64,000 nt of DNA from an uncultured Pseudomonadales bacterium (GCA_964607285.1 CAZSJW010000004.1:7063-71062); one strand, 5' to 3'; numbered from the stretch's first letter, positions 20,368 to 30,834 are shown. Made by a program: numbers and translations. The notes: generated by a model not told the origin, from the sequence alone.

Positions 20368-20758
20368 AGTATACATGGTTTTGTGTAAAAGCTCCACCCC
20401 TCCTATAAGCCAGATTCTGTTCAGAATTTGCCCGAAAGACAGATTCTTTGACCATGATTTGTCTAATGCCTGGAACACTATCACCATCTTTGCGAGCAAG
20501 CTCGCAGAGAGCGGAAGCACGTCCAATGTGGTGAAGATCGCCAGTTGCAGCGGGGAGGATTGCCCGTTTCACCCTCCCTCACCTTTTTATCTGGACTACT
20601 GTCCAGAACAAAAGGTGAGGGAGACTCGTCTCTGTTGCTCTAACTGTTGTCACACTTGCGCATGACCCCCTCACTTTCGTGAGGCACCCTGTGCTTTGCT
20701 GTCCGGACTTTCCTCATCCTGCCAGAGGCAGAACGCCATGATCCAGAGGAATGGAGCT
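20368..20758 (-). ncRNA. rnpB: RNase P RNA, bacterial type A
   Basis: Minus strand carries GAGGAAAGTCCGGAC (P4 5' strand/CR-I), CAGGGTGCC..GAAA..GAGG (P8/P9-like), GTGACAACAG, and ACAGAATCTGGCTTATAGGAGG (CR-V/P4 3' strand); GC-rich and structured; spurious ORFs 20134-20388 and 20321-20665 overlap it. Confidence 0.75.
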
Positions 20759-20798
20759 GGTATATTGTAGCATGTAGGCAACTGCTATACTTGCCGCT

Positions 20799-21509
20799 AT
20801 GTCTCAAATCCTTTTCCATAGCTATGGAAATGCTCAGAAAGTAATTATTATGCTGCCGGGATGGAAATATCCGCCAGAAATGGAACCAAAGTTTATCAAA
20901 CTATTGAGTGAAAAGTACCGTTTGGTTACGGTCCAGCTACCGGGTTATTGGGATAATCCAGATGCATCTACATTTCTGGATTTTTCAGAGCTTGCAGAAA
21001 TGATTTTGCACGAACTCAATACCCAAAAAATTGTGCCTTCTGCTTGGGTTGGATTTTCAATGGGGTGCAAACTTTTTATGGAAATTGAACACTGCAAACC
21101 AAACATAGTTCCGAGTATTTTTGTCGGTTGTCCGCAAGGTAAATATCAAGTGCCATCTTGGGGACGAGTCTTGCTTACAAGTAAAAGAATAGTTTTGTTG
21201 CTTCGAAAAAACCCTATGAGTAAAAAGTATATCGTGCGTATGGCACTTAAAACGTTGAAAAACCACGATTTAGATCAGGTAACAGTTACAGGTGCTTTTG
21301 ATTCTTTACTAGGACTCCTTCGCTCAACAGTACGACCCACGCCAAAAACCTTACAGTCTCTATACATCTATGGAAATCGAGACAGGTATTTGAGCATTGC
21401 GCAAGAAAAGTGTCTTCCCAACCTCGCAATTATTCCCAATGCAGACCACAATTGTGTCAGAGATCATGAGCCAGAAGTAGTCGCACTTATTGATAAAGCA
21501 CTTACGTAA
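20799..21509 (+). CDS. Alpha/beta-hydrolase fold protein
   Basis: Nucleophile elbow GFSMG and a C-terminal ..ADHNCV.. His region. Confidence 0.5.
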   Translation: MSQILFHSYGNAQKVIIMLPGWKYPPEMEPKFIKLLSEKYRLVTVQLPGYWDNPDASTFLDFSELAEMILHELNTQKIVPSAWVGFSMGCKLFMEIEHCKPNIVPSIFVGCPQGKYQVPSWGRVLLTSKRIVLLLRKNPMSKKYIVRMALKTLKNHDLDQVTVTGAFDSLLGLLRSTVRPTPKTLQSLYIYGNRDRYLSIAQEKCLPNLAIIPNADHNCVRDHEPEVVALIDKALT

Positions 21510-22530
21510 CTATATATTTCTGAAACACAACTTTATATAGTGTCCGAGTAATTATATAAATCGGTACTGCGAGCAAAGCGCCAATCACTCCGCCAGTTTT
21601 TAGACCAATCAAAATCGCCACAATTGTCACCAATGGATTAACCTCGGCATGCTTACTCATGATTTTTGGCACAATGATGTTATTCTCGAGCTGCTGGATC
21701 ACGATGTACAGCAATAAAGTTATACCAGCCATGAGCGGATTAATTGCAACTAAAGCAATGAGTACGGCTGGAACAGCGGCAACAGTAGGCCCAATGTTGG
21801 GAATAATTTCCAACAAACCAGCAATGATTGCCAATGGCAGAGCATAGGGAACTCGCAGAAGGAACAACCCCACATACGTCAATAGACCAATGACAAACAT
21901 TAGGATGAGCTCGCCTCGAACCCAACCACCAAGCTGACGTTCAATTGAGTTGAAAACTTCCTTAGCCATTTGAATATGTTCGCGCTTTCTGGTGAACCAC
22001 TGCACTTTGAGGGGTAAGCGAAAACGCTCAACCATCAAGTAAAAAGACAACACAAACAAAGTGAAAATGGTGAAAATGCCACTAAAGGTAGTATTCACAA
22101 CCGTGAATAAAAATCCAACCGAGTCTCCAATACGATCAGCAAGTGCCCCTAGTTCTTGAACTGAAAAGCTAAAGTCCCGCAATTCCTGTACCAGTGGTAG
22201 TTCTGGAACATTAATATTCATGTTTTTGATGAGCTGATAGCCTTCCGAAGCGAGTGGGGGCAACAAGAAAGCAGCTAAGATCAACAAAAATGCTATCAAG
22301 GAAATATATGCAAAAAATATACTCACGCCCCGAGGCACTTTTAATCTGCGCTCAAAAAACTCAACCACTGGTGTCAGACCAACCATGATTATGAATGCTA
22401 ATAGGATAAGCACTAAGATCGAACGAATTTGAAACAAAAAATAACTGCCGGCCACCAAACCAATTGTAGCCAAAATTGATCCTGGAGAAATGGTGACGTC
22501 CTGTTTGTTGGAAGTGAAGAGTGCGAGCAT
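21502..22530 (-). CDS. AI-2E family (UPF0118/PerM-like) transporter
   Basis: 8 TM helices and typical AI-2E topology and length. Confidence 0.65.
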   Translation of the reverse strand: MLALFTSNKQDVTISPGSILATIGLVAGSYFLFQIRSILVLILLAFIIMVGLTPVVEFFERRLKVPRGVSIFFAYISLIAFLLILAAFLLPPLASEGYQLIKNMNINVPELPLVQELRDFSFSVQELGALADRIGDSVGFLFTVVNTTFSGIFTIFTLFVLSFYLMVERFRLPLKVQWFTRKREHIQMAKEVFNSIERQLGGWVRGELILMFVIGLLTYVGLFLLRVPYALPLAIIAGLLEIIPNIGPTVAAVPAVLIALVAINPLMAGITLLLYIVIQQLENNIIVPKIMSKHAEVNPLVTIVAILIGLKTGGVIGALLAVPIYIITRTLYKVVFQKYIVT

Positions 22531-22598
22531 AGTTATATTGCTATACAGATACTAAATAAGTATAGCGTATTTTTGACTAATCAGGGAGAAGGAGGATG

Positions 22599-23573
22599 CT
22601 ACTGCTTCGCCAAAATTTCGAGAATTGTTCGATCATTCTCTCTATCTGTTTGCGTGACCCAAGTGATGGGCTCACGCTTCAGCCACGTCAACTGTCGCTT
22701 GCAGTACTGTTGTTCGGCCAAGGACCAAGCAGCAATCAATTCATTCTCAGTAATTTCTGCTCGCAAAAATTGCTGTATTTGTGGCACCCCCAACGTACTC
22801 CATGCAGGTAGCCGCTGATCTGAAAACATGCGAGTCAGGTTTTCTACCTCTAGAATTGCTCCAGATCGTAGACGCTTAACAACTCGATTCTGGATTCGCT
22901 CAGCGCGCTTAGTTGGATCATCTTCTAATCCAATCCAAGAAATGTTGTGCGATTGTTGTTGTCGTTTTTCCGGTGAATTACCTACCCGTGCTCGCTCAAT
23001 CGCCCGTATCAGCCGACGGGGATTTAGTTGGTCCGATTGATTAAGCGCTGAAAACCACTGTGCTGACTCTGCGCGTAAACGACTTTGTAGATCTTCAACA
23101 GAAGCTTCAGATAGTTCCTGGCGTAATGCAATATCTGGCTCGACCGGTTGCCATGCCTCATCCTGATATAGCCACCTATGATATAGACCTGTGCCACCTA
23201 CAATCAGAAATGCAGTGCGAGTACTCTCAAACTGCTTGCGAACGCTTTCAACTAGCTCCTTAAAATGTGCCAAAGACCACTGAGTATTCGGCTCAACGAT
23301 GGATTGTCCGTGTAAGCTAATTGTTTTCTGCGGAGAAACATAATAGGGATACAGAGCAACATCACCAGATTCAACATTCTGCTGCACGTAGCTTTCAGGA
23401 ATATCTGCACCAGAAATCACCTCCAAACCTTTGTAAACCTGACGAGAATCTGCTGAAATTAATACAACGTGGTCAAACCTTTGTTCGGACAATAGTTGCT
23501 CAGCAATATGCAGTGCAAACTCTGTTTTGCCTGAGCCAGTGACACCAACGATGGAGAGCGTATTCTTAAACAT
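22599..23573 (-). CDS. miaA: tRNA dimethylallyltransferase
   Basis: P-loop GVTGSGKT..LISADSRQVYKG and C-terminal KRQLTWLKRE. Confidence 0.8.
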   Translation of the reverse strand: MFKNTLSIVGVTGSGKTEFALHIAEQLLSEQRFDHVVLISADSRQVYKGLEVISGADIPESYVQQNVESGDVALYPYYVSPQKTISLHGQSIVEPNTQWSLAHFKELVESVRKQFESTRTAFLIVGGTGLYHRWLYQDEAWQPVEPDIALRQELSEASVEDLQSRLRAESAQWFSALNQSDQLNPRRLIRAIERARVGNSPEKRQQQSHNISWIGLEDDPTKRAERIQNRVVKRLRSGAILEVENLTRMFSDQRLPAWSTLGVPQIQQFLRAEITENELIAAWSLAEQQYCKRQLTWLKREPITWVTQTDRENDRTILEILAKQ

Positions 23574-23628
23574 GTGTGAAGATCAATTCAGATAACACAT
23601 CGCTTTATTAGCAATAAAAAATTGTGTG

Positions 23629-24348
23629 CTATAAAAGCTGCCGTTGGCTACTGTTACTATTGTGTAACGAAGAATTACTGTGTACACCCCAAGCGGCCAA
23701 GCGTTTTCCAATAGAACTTCCTCTGCTGGGTTGTTGCGCATATTCCTTAGTCACAAATTCGAATACTTCTCGTGCGCGAATTTCGGAAACTTCCAGCATA
23801 TCCATCCTTCGTCTCCGCTCATTGAGCGAAGGTGTCAGGAGTGGCACCAAGCCTGCCAACATATTTAGCGGAGTAGATAGTGAAACATGATTTCTCGGAT
23901 TGCGCCTTTCGGCTTTGTGCAAAATTTCTTTGAAGAATGTAATGAGCATTTGCAGTCGCTTAGCACTGACTTGTTCCTCCCTCTTAAGATGTGAGGCACG
24001 CGCAATCTGTTCAACTCGTTTTTTTTCAGAAATGGTTTCTTTATCGGAATAGCCACCCAATCTCACTTCTTTTGCACTCAAAAACAGTGCCCTTTGTAAA
24101 GCATCAAAATACTGACCAACCAGCTCTCTGGTCGGAAAAGGTCCGACGGTAAGTCCGCCCGGTCCGTAGAGATTTGGTTCAGCATTCATAAGTGCTTTAA
24201 CATGATCCTCAACACCGAACAGCTCTCTGTGTAATCTTAAAAAATTTTCTAGTTCAGCTCTATTTTTCTCAGGAAGAATACTCGCTTCTTCAGGCACAAC
24301 AACCGTATCAGAATATAAGCGCGCTGCAGAATCAATGTTTGAACCCAT
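23629..24348 (-). CDS. Hypothetical protein inserted between the miaB-like gene and miaA
   Basis: Clean 239-codon ORF on the same strand as its neighbours; no recognised motif. Confidence 0.4.
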   Translation of the reverse strand: MGSNIDSAARLYSDTVVVPEEASILPEKNRAELENFLRLHRELFGVEDHVKALMNAEPNLYGPGGLTVGPFPTRELVGQYFDALQRALFLSAKEVRLGGYSDKETISEKKRVEQIARASHLKREEQVSAKRLQMLITFFKEILHKAERRNPRNHVSLSTPLNMLAGLVPLLTPSLNERRRRMDMLEVSEIRAREVFEFVTKEYAQQPSRGSSIGKRLAAWGVHSNSSLHNSNSSQRQLL

Positions 24349-24357
24349 ATCAGTATA

Positions 24358-25518
24358 TTACACCACCACCGGCCGCTCATGCAGCGTGTCTTTATTAATA
24401 ATCTTGTCCAACACTTCCCAACGTTTCTTCTTGATAACATGTGGAATATCGTCAGGGTAAATCCGCCAACTAGCAGTCCCAGGTCGGGGAGAGTACATAG
24501 CTACAAATCCAACTTTCCAGTTCATTTGCTCCGCTAATTCAACTGTTTCCAAAAAGTCATCATGCGTTTCTCCAGGGAAGCCCACAATAATATCAGTACC
24601 GATCACAATCTCTGGATCAGCCGCTCGCAACTTTTCTACAACTTCAACATATCGCTCACGAGTATACCCTCGGTTCATACGATACAACACATTGTTGCTA
24701 CCAGACTGAATGGGAAGATGCACATAGCGATCAATTTTTTTATTGATGCCAATTTCAGCAATCAGTTCATCATGAAAGTCCCATGGATTACTCGTCAAAA
24801 ACCTAATTTTCTCGATTTGTTCAAACGCAGAAATTGCCTGCAGCAACTTCACAAACGGTGGTGTCTCTTTTGGCTTGAGGTACTGCGTTTGGTTATCAGG
24901 CAAGTCTTCACGAGTAAACTTTTTGTTCTCCATCATGAGCTTGCGAAACCCAATGCCAAGTTTTTCTAAACCCCAGGAATTTACGTTCATTCCCAATAAC
25001 GTCACTTCGGTAAAACCTTCTGAAACCAACTTCTCAACTTCTGTAATGATCGACTCCAACGAGCGAGACTGCTCCCGACCCCGAGAGTAAGGAACGATAC
25101 AGTAGGTGCAGTACGAATTGCAGCCAGTGGAAATTGGAATCCAGGCGTGCTTGCGATCTCTTCGAACAGCAGCGGTGTTAAAACCCACTTCATTGATCGG
25201 CAAAATCTCATCCACAATTGGCAACATTTCCAGCAGTTTTTCATTCCCGTGATGCGTCATACAACCCGTGAGAATTACTTTTGGCCGCTGCTTGCCTATA
25301 GTGTTGAAGTGCACAGCGACATTGTGCAGAAATCCTTTTGCGCGATCTTCAGCTCGCTGTCGAATAGCACAGGTGTTGACGATTAGCTCATCACAGCTTC
25401 GCCAGTCCTCAGCTTCTGTATATCCACGTGCCGTATAGTCACCAGCAATGCGTTCGGAGTCGCTCTTGTTGGACTGGCAGCCAAAGGTATGAATGAAGTA
25501 AGTTTTTGGAGTTGGCAC
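24358..25518 (-). CDS. miaB: Radical-SAM methylthiotransferase, MiaB-like (tRNA ms2i6A37), without a clear TRAM domain
   Basis: N-terminal MTTase cysteines FGCQSN and radical-SAM CNSYCTYC; adjacent to miaA. Confidence 0.7.
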   Translation of the reverse strand: MPTPKTYFIHTFGCQSNKSDSERIAGDYTARGYTEAEDWRSCDELIVNTCAIRQRAEDRAKGFLHNVAVHFNTIGKQRPKVILTGCMTHHGNEKLLEMLPIVDEILPINEVGFNTAAVRRDRKHAWIPISTGCNSYCTYCIVPYSRGREQSRSLESIITEVEKLVSEGFTEVTLLGMNVNSWGLEKLGIGFRKLMMENKKFTREDLPDNQTQYLKPKETPPFVKLLQAISAFEQIEKIRFLTSNPWDFHDELIAEIGINKKIDRYVHLPIQSGSNNVLYRMNRGYTRERYVEVVEKLRAADPEIVIGTDIIVGFPGETHDDFLETVELAEQMNWKVGFVAMYSPRPGTASWRIYPDDIPHVIKKKRWEVLDKIINKDTLHERPVVV

Positions 25519-25525
25519 AGGGGTA

Positions 25526-26227
25526 TTATACCTGAGGAAGTTGCGGGGTGGGGGATGGAAGCGGTTGGAGCTGCTGGTTTTGCTTCTGGCGTCGCCAATG
25601 TACTAACCATGACACTAACTCAGCTCCTAACAATCCAGCTGTCAGTATTTTCATACTTAGTTCCCCACCTAAAAGCACTATATGTCCGAAAATAAATAAC
25701 AGTGCAATATAAGTCAATTTGTGCACCAGGCTCCACCAGGATCCAAGTTTTCGCACCGCTAGATCGTTGGATGTTATAAAGAGTGGGAATAGCACAAACT
25801 CGGCGATCGTACCAAAAATTTCTCTAGTTGAAAGTTTGATTGGCAATGCACCCGTCAGCGCTAGATTTGGGAACAGCAAGCTATACCCAGAGTGATTGAC
25901 TGCAAACAAAAACATAAAAATGCCAAACTGCCTGCGAAACAGCATGAGTGTAACTTGTGTGATAGGAAATATTTGCAAGCGTTTTAGGATTCCTGGCAGG
26001 AGTGTTAGAGCGTAAAAGAGCAAAGATATAGTGCCAAACTTGTTTCCCAACTCTAGCAGCACAGCGAAATTTTTGGGGAATGCCAAAAATGCTGGCAAAC
26101 CGACCAAATATACTAATCCCAAGAGTAAAAAACTGGCGAAAGAAAACTTCAAAATAAGTGGTTTTTTTTGAATCAAAAGAATCTGAATTGGTCGAAGAAA
26201 TGTGTCAGAAAACATGTTTGACCTCAC
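25526..26227 (-). CDS. Ferric-reductase-like transmembrane (MsrQ/YedZ-type heme b) protein
   Basis: 6 TM helices with paired conserved His in TM segments (FAVNHSGY; IFGHIVLLGG). Confidence 0.4.
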   Translation of the reverse strand: MRSNMFSDTFLRPIQILLIQKKPLILKFSFASFLLLGLVYLVGLPAFLAFPKNFAVLLELGNKFGTISLLFYALTLLPGILKRLQIFPITQVTLMLFRRQFGIFMFLFAVNHSGYSLLFPNLALTGALPIKLSTREIFGTIAEFVLFPLFITSNDLAVRKLGSWWSLVHKLTYIALLFIFGHIVLLGGELSMKILTAGLLGAELVSWLVHWRRQKQNQQLQPLPSPTPQLPQV

Positions 26228-26249
26228 CGCATACTAGTTCAATAGTAAC

Positions 26250-26323
26250 AAAAAACCTGAGGCGCGAGCGGGATTCGAACCCGCGAATCGAAGGTTTTGC
26301 AGACCTCGCCATTGACCACTCTG
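26250..26323 (-). tRNA. tRNA-Cys (anticodon GCA)
   Basis: Minus strand: acceptor GGCGCGA/TCGCGCC, anticodon stem GAGGT/ACCTT with loop CTGCAAA, T-arm GCGGG-TTCGAAT-CCCGC; TATAAT about 10 nt upstream on the minus strand. Confidence 0.75.
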
Positions 26324-26604
26324 GTATCGCGCCAGTGCCTGCTGATTATAATACAGTATTCAAGAAGTTAGGAGATTAACTTGTTAGTTTATATGCTGGT
26401 TTGCTACCCACAGTGCATAGTGGTGTATGGCTTAGCATAACCAGGGATTCTCGTACCTGGTTTACGACTTTCTGCTTGCCTTTTGGCCTTCTTGTACGAT
26501 CTTCATGCTAGAATAATCGAGCACAAACTTGAGTAAGTTTTAGGGATTATAGCATACATACTCAGCTACAAAAAAAGTGTACTGACCCATTGCAGTAACA
26601 AAAT

Positions 26605-26994
26605 TTACGATTTTTTCTTCAAAATATGTGGTGCAACCACATATGCAATAAGTAGAGCGGCAACATACTCCACAAAACTTATGTACTGCGCGATAGGCTG
26701 TATTGCTTCGAATATGCCTGCAACACGAGCTTTGAGCAATGCTTCTACCAAAATATCTTCGAGTAATTCAATACCCACATACACTGCCAGCGAAATACAA
26801 AAAGTAACAGCGACAGTCACGATCAACTCTTCACTACTTGAATGGTTTTCAGGTTCTGAATTCTCAGCCTTTTCCTCAGCTGTAGATGAGTTTCTTAGTC
26901 TCCATCTAGGAAATTTTAGGCGTCTTGTAATTCTTCTATCACGTTCACGATCAAAAGGCATAACTGCGGTTAGTATACAACACTGTTCACTCAT
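26605..26994 (-). CDS. Small hypothetical membrane protein
   Basis: ORF with 2 TM helices. Confidence 0.35.
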   Translation of the reverse strand: MSEQCCILTAVMPFDRERDRRITRRLKFPRWRLRNSSTAEEKAENSEPENHSSSEELIVTVAVTFCISLAVYVGIELLEDILVEALLKARVAGIFEAIQPIAQYISFVEYVAALLIAYVVAPHILKKKS

Positions 26995-27390
26995 TTTTTA
27001 AGGTTATATGCTCAGTAATAGATATCACAGTACTATGCAGAGTTGCACAGGCAGATGGATTATAACCTGAGAATCAGTAGTACAAATACTGTTTAGAGGA
27101 CAACTCAATCATGATAATCTGTTTCTATATATCAAGGCAGCAGAAAGTGCAGTAACAGTTAGTCCTGAAAGAACTAGTGCGCAACCACCGATTAAAAAGT
27201 AAAACTGAGGATCAGCACAAGTGACTCTATCTAATACGTCCAAAGTATCACATATTGCACGAGCAGTTGGCTGACCACAGAAAGCGTTTGTCAAAATAAG
27301 TATGCATGGAAAAGCTAACACTTAGAAACAGGAAATTTTTTTTCACCTCTTTGCTGTTCAACCTTTGTCGGCAAATAGCACGAGATTATA

Positions 27391-28209
27391 TCAAAGTGCC
27401 CTAATGACGAACTTTGTCCCACCGGCAGGATAATCAAATCGCACAGCCGCAGTTTTCTCCCGCAGTTGGTGCACCCGCAAAAACAGCTCGACAAACGGAT
27501 CTTCGTATCCAGATGACCCAGCATTCACTGCTAGCACTCCACGCTCAACTGTGAATCCACCGGTAGCAATCACCCCAAGCATACTGACACCATTCAAAAT
27601 CACTTGCACGGACTGCCCCTGTTTGAGTCCCATCTTGTCCAAGTCAGATTTGCGCATAGTGGTCTTGATGTTGCCGAATCCATCTGTCCATGCAATTTCA
27701 TCATGTGGGATCTCAGGAATATCGTTTACATCAAGTTCGGCAGTCAAAATACTGCGGTCGCCATTTATTAAGCGAGCAACACTTTCAGGAAAGAAGTCTC
27801 GAGATCTAAACTGAGAACCTTCGTTCGGACAATCAATATCACGAAACTCAACAATATCTTTTTTGACGAATCCAAACGCATATTCTGACCACACATTTAC
27901 AATTTCTACCCCATTGGAGAGGCGAGCATACTTAATTCCATGATCTATGTTGTTTTTCTGGGCAGCAGCACTGTCTCGGCGAGGAGCAGCATTGCCATAA
28001 ATAAACATTTTGCCTTCGCAGGGAGCATAGGAATATTGTGCTGTGACAAAACCAATCGCCATGGTGTCGAGCCCAGGGACAGAAGTAGGGTGAATTCGCA
28101 CCCCATGTGGATTTTGCAGATGAAACTGGAGTCTATTGGTGATCTCACCAAACTCCATGCCACCAGCTACATAATCGCAAATAACATGTAAAAGGGTAGA
28201 TTGTTGCAT
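27391..28209 (-). CDS. SAM hydroxide adenosyltransferase family (DUF62) protein
   Basis: FRSRDFFPESVARL and DGFGNIKT resemble the DUF62 motifs FHGRDIFAPVAAHL and IDxFGNLITNI. Confidence 0.5.
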   Translation of the reverse strand: MQQSTLLHVICDYVAGGMEFGEITNRLQFHLQNPHGVRIHPTSVPGLDTMAIGFVTAQYSYAPCEGKMFIYGNAAPRRDSAAAQKNNIDHGIKYARLSNGVEIVNVWSEYAFGFVKKDIVEFRDIDCPNEGSQFRSRDFFPESVARLINGDRSILTAELDVNDIPEIPHDEIAWTDGFGNIKTTMRKSDLDKMGLKQGQSVQVILNGVSMLGVIATGGFTVERGVLAVNAGSSGYEDPFVELFLRVHQLREKTAAVRFDYPAGGTKFVIRAL

Positions 28210-28301
28210 ACTGTTTGATTGGTATTGGTGATTCTACATGAACCACAACAGACAATTATACCACTCCACTCCACATATTTTTGAGGTATAATCGAGACCT
28301 T

Positions 28302-29216
28302 ATGCCAACTACTAAACCAAAATCCAAAGAGTCTAATGAAAAGCCACTTATCATTGATAACACAGTTATCGAGCTAACCGTGGATGCCAAAACCGCTTCC
28401 CATGCCTACGATGAAGCTGTGGAGCACATGGCTAAAAACATCAAAACTGCAGGTTTCCGCAAAGGAAAAGTCCCAACAAAAGCAGCAGAAGCTATGCTCA
28501 AGCAAGAAGATATCATTCAGCATGCCCTCGAACACGTTGTTCCTACTATCTATAAAACAGCAATTGAAAAAGCCAAAAAAGAACCTTTGACACAACCAGA
28601 GTTCAAAGTCATTTCAGCCATAAAAGGCCAAGAATGGAAACTGGAAGCATACATTGCTGAAGCCCCAAGTATTGACCTAAAAAATCACAAAAAAATTGTT
28701 GCTGAAGCAAAGAAACTAGCAGACAAACAACTTGCCGAACAAGAGAAGAAAGCTAAAGCTGACAAAAATACAGAATACAAAGCACCATCAAAAGAACAAA
28801 AGGAGGGAGTAGTTGTCCAAAAGATCTATCAGCAGCTACTTTCGGACATCAAACCACAAATTGCTGAGTTATTGGTAAAAGAAGAAATTCGCGCTGATTT
28901 CGGAAACTTACGCCGACAACTGGACCAGATGAAAATTCCATTGGAGAAGTTTCTTGAATTGAGAAAAATAACTATTGATGATCTCACAAATCAACTAGCT
29001 GCAGAAGCACTTGGCAGATTACAACTGTCTTTCTTAATTGCAGCTATCGCTCGTGAAGCAAAAGTAACTGTGGAGCAAACTGATCTCGAAAAAGCAATGG
29101 CAAAAGTCACTGATGCGGAACTTAAAAAGCAACAGACAGCGGATCCAATGTACCGCCAACTACTAGCGCAAACAATTTTACGAAGAAAAGTTGCTGAGTA
29201 CCTCTTAGGATTGTAG
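28302..29216 (+). CDS. tig: Trigger factor, short form lacking a clear PPIase domain
   Basis: Ribosome-binding signature GFRKGKVP in the N-domain; TATAAT at 28287, so a near-leaderless transcript is possible. Confidence 0.7.
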   Translation: MPTTKPKSKESNEKPLIIDNTVIELTVDAKTASHAYDEAVEHMAKNIKTAGFRKGKVPTKAAEAMLKQEDIIQHALEHVVPTIYKTAIEKAKKEPLTQPEFKVISAIKGQEWKLEAYIAEAPSIDLKNHKKIVAEAKKLADKQLAEQEKKAKADKNTEYKAPSKEQKEGVVVQKIYQQLLSDIKPQIAELLVKEEIRADFGNLRRQLDQMKIPLEKFLELRKITIDDLTNQLAAEALGRLQLSFLIAAIAREAKVTVEQTDLEKAMAKVTDAELKKQQTADPMYRQLLAQTILRRKVAEYLLGL

Positions 29217-29241
29217 GCCAGCACTCTAGCTATAATTCAGG

Positions 29242-30834
29242 TCATTCCCACCGTCTCCCCACCATATCTCGGATCATCTGACTGGTTGCAGATAGTGTAG
29301 TTTTGTCAAAGATATCATGAAGTAGATATCGCAACTCAGTGTCATTTAGTATTTCCATAAGTCTGAGACTCCGCAACAAGTTAAGGTATTGATATTCGCT
29401 GGCTTCGTTTCTTTCTTCAAATATCAATTTAAGCCTGAGCGACATCAGAGTGGGATATCGTTCTGCGAGTGTTTTATTAATGGCGTATACGCTGTTGATT
29501 GTGGAACGAACTTTTATACCTAAACTGTCATCTTTAACACTAACTAGAACAGCCTCGAGAAGTCTCACAAACTGCCGCTGCGTGAGCCGTTCTGACACAT
29601 ACATCCTAACCAATTCTGCATGATAGTCCTTAAAACTTTGGAGAGGATTTTCTGACAAACTAAGTAGATTTCTCAATCTATAAGCAATCGCACTGTGATT
29701 CAATCGAAAACCAAGCTCGAGTGCCACTTCAATTATTTGTTTTACTTCCACAGTCAGTGCGTATACCTCGGGCTGGTACTGAAGTACGAGGTGAAGCATT
29801 TCCGTGGCGATTGGTACAGTCAAAGTCTGATTTGTCAAATGAGTAGTTATACCCACAATATATTTTTGCGCTCCTGCAACCTCCATACCCACATAGGGAC
29901 CAATATAGAGGAGTAGTCTTGCCGCTGGCGATACCCGTGAAATTCGATGCGCATTCATGAACTGTAATGCTATGTACAGCCTTCCCGCAGCTCTGGACTC
30001 CGAAACGTCTGCCGTGTATAAACTAGGCCTCACCAGTTCAAGTGCACCAGCTGTATCTAACCGACCTGAGAGAACTCCAGTAATTATGCTGTTGACAGGC
30101 CACTGCCACTCTGTGCGTTCGTGAGGAACAACGGTAGGCGGCATACCCGACTGAGTTTGATCGGCAAATCTTACCGCAGTGGTTGAAGTCGGATCATCTG
30201 CAAGATCAGCATGTGTTAGTACCAAATGATTAGGTGTGGTAGGAGCAACTGTGGGTTGCGGAACAGGAACTGAGAGCAGGTGCAGCAAACTATCAATATC
30301 TGGTGAGATTGCTAAGTAATTGATCACGCGCACGGCATCCTGAGCAACGTCATACCTGAGTAAATCTAGCAGTGTTCTTGAGTGGTCCGAAAGCCTAAAT
30401 GAAGCCGAGTCTAACTCGAACAGTAAATCTTTCTCAAACAAGTTGAAGAGTAGTATCCCTATGGTCACAGAGTCAGGAGCCTCATTTGTACTGCATTCCC
30501 GCACCAACTCTTGCCATTCAGACTCAGCAATGCCAAGTTGCTGTCCTGATTCACGCAGTAGCCTAGTTCTCGCGGGTTCACCCATAGCCAACACAATGTG
30601 TTTCCAAGCATTTTCATCAGTGTGATCAAAAAGCGATTCTCCTATAACTATCTCGTCCTGAAGAGCTAAGGGTGCTGTGGGTCGTACACTAGAGGGTCGT
30701 AGTCTGCGAATAATCTGGCCAAGCTCATGCACAAATCTGCTTGATACACTTGACACATGATCTCCTAGAGACAAATCACGTCCATATCTAATTCTCAGCT
30801 GATCAGGGATTGAAATCTCGGCAATATTGACCAT
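29242..30834 (-). CDS. Large hypothetical cytoplasmic protein (530 aa)
   Basis: Long clean ORF; no recognisable domain. Confidence 0.45.
   Translation of the reverse strand: MVNIAEISIPDQLRIRYGRDLSLGDHVSSVSSRFVHELGQIIRRLRPSSVRPTAPLALQDEIVIGESLFDHTDENAWKHIVLAMGEPARTRLLRESGQQLGIAESEWQELVRECSTNEAPDSVTIGILLFNLFEKDLLFELDSASFRLSDHSRTLLDLLRYDVAQDAVRVINYLAISPDIDSLLHLLSVPVPQPTVAPTTPNHLVLTHADLADDPTSTTAVRFADQTQSGMPPTVVPHERTEWQWPVNSIITGVLSGRLDTAGALELVRPSLYTADVSESRAAGRLYIALQFMNAHRISRVSPAARLLLYIGPYVGMEVAGAQKYIVGITTHLTNQTLTVPIATEMLHLVLQYQPEVYALTVEVKQIIEVALELGFRLNHSAIAYRLRNLLSLSENPLQSFKDYHAELVRMYVSERLTQRQFVRLLEAVLVSVKDDSLGIKVRSTINSVYAINKTLAERYPTLMSLRLKLIFEERNEASEYQYLNLLRSLRLMEILNDTELRYLLHDIFDKTTLSATSQMIRDMVGRRWE

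Noticed and set aside
20134-20665. Three overlapping ORFs (84, 86 and 114 aa) in the 20.1-20.7 kb region
   Set aside because: They overlap the RNase P RNA and the trimmed membrane-protein gene. Their composition is driven by the structured GC-rich RNA, so they are not coding.
22573-22818. Two overlapping 71-81-aa plus-strand ORFs at the miaA 3' end
   Set aside because: They lie entirely within the miaA coding region on the opposite strand and are Cys-rich low-complexity artefacts.
26330-26604. Possible additional ncRNA (SRP RNA or tmRNA) in the 270-nt gap next to tRNA-Cys
   Set aside because: No SRP domain IV motif (GGAAGCAGCC-like) and no tmRNA tRNA-like ends were found. The gap probably just holds the tRNA-Cys promoter and the terminator of the upstream minus-strand gene.
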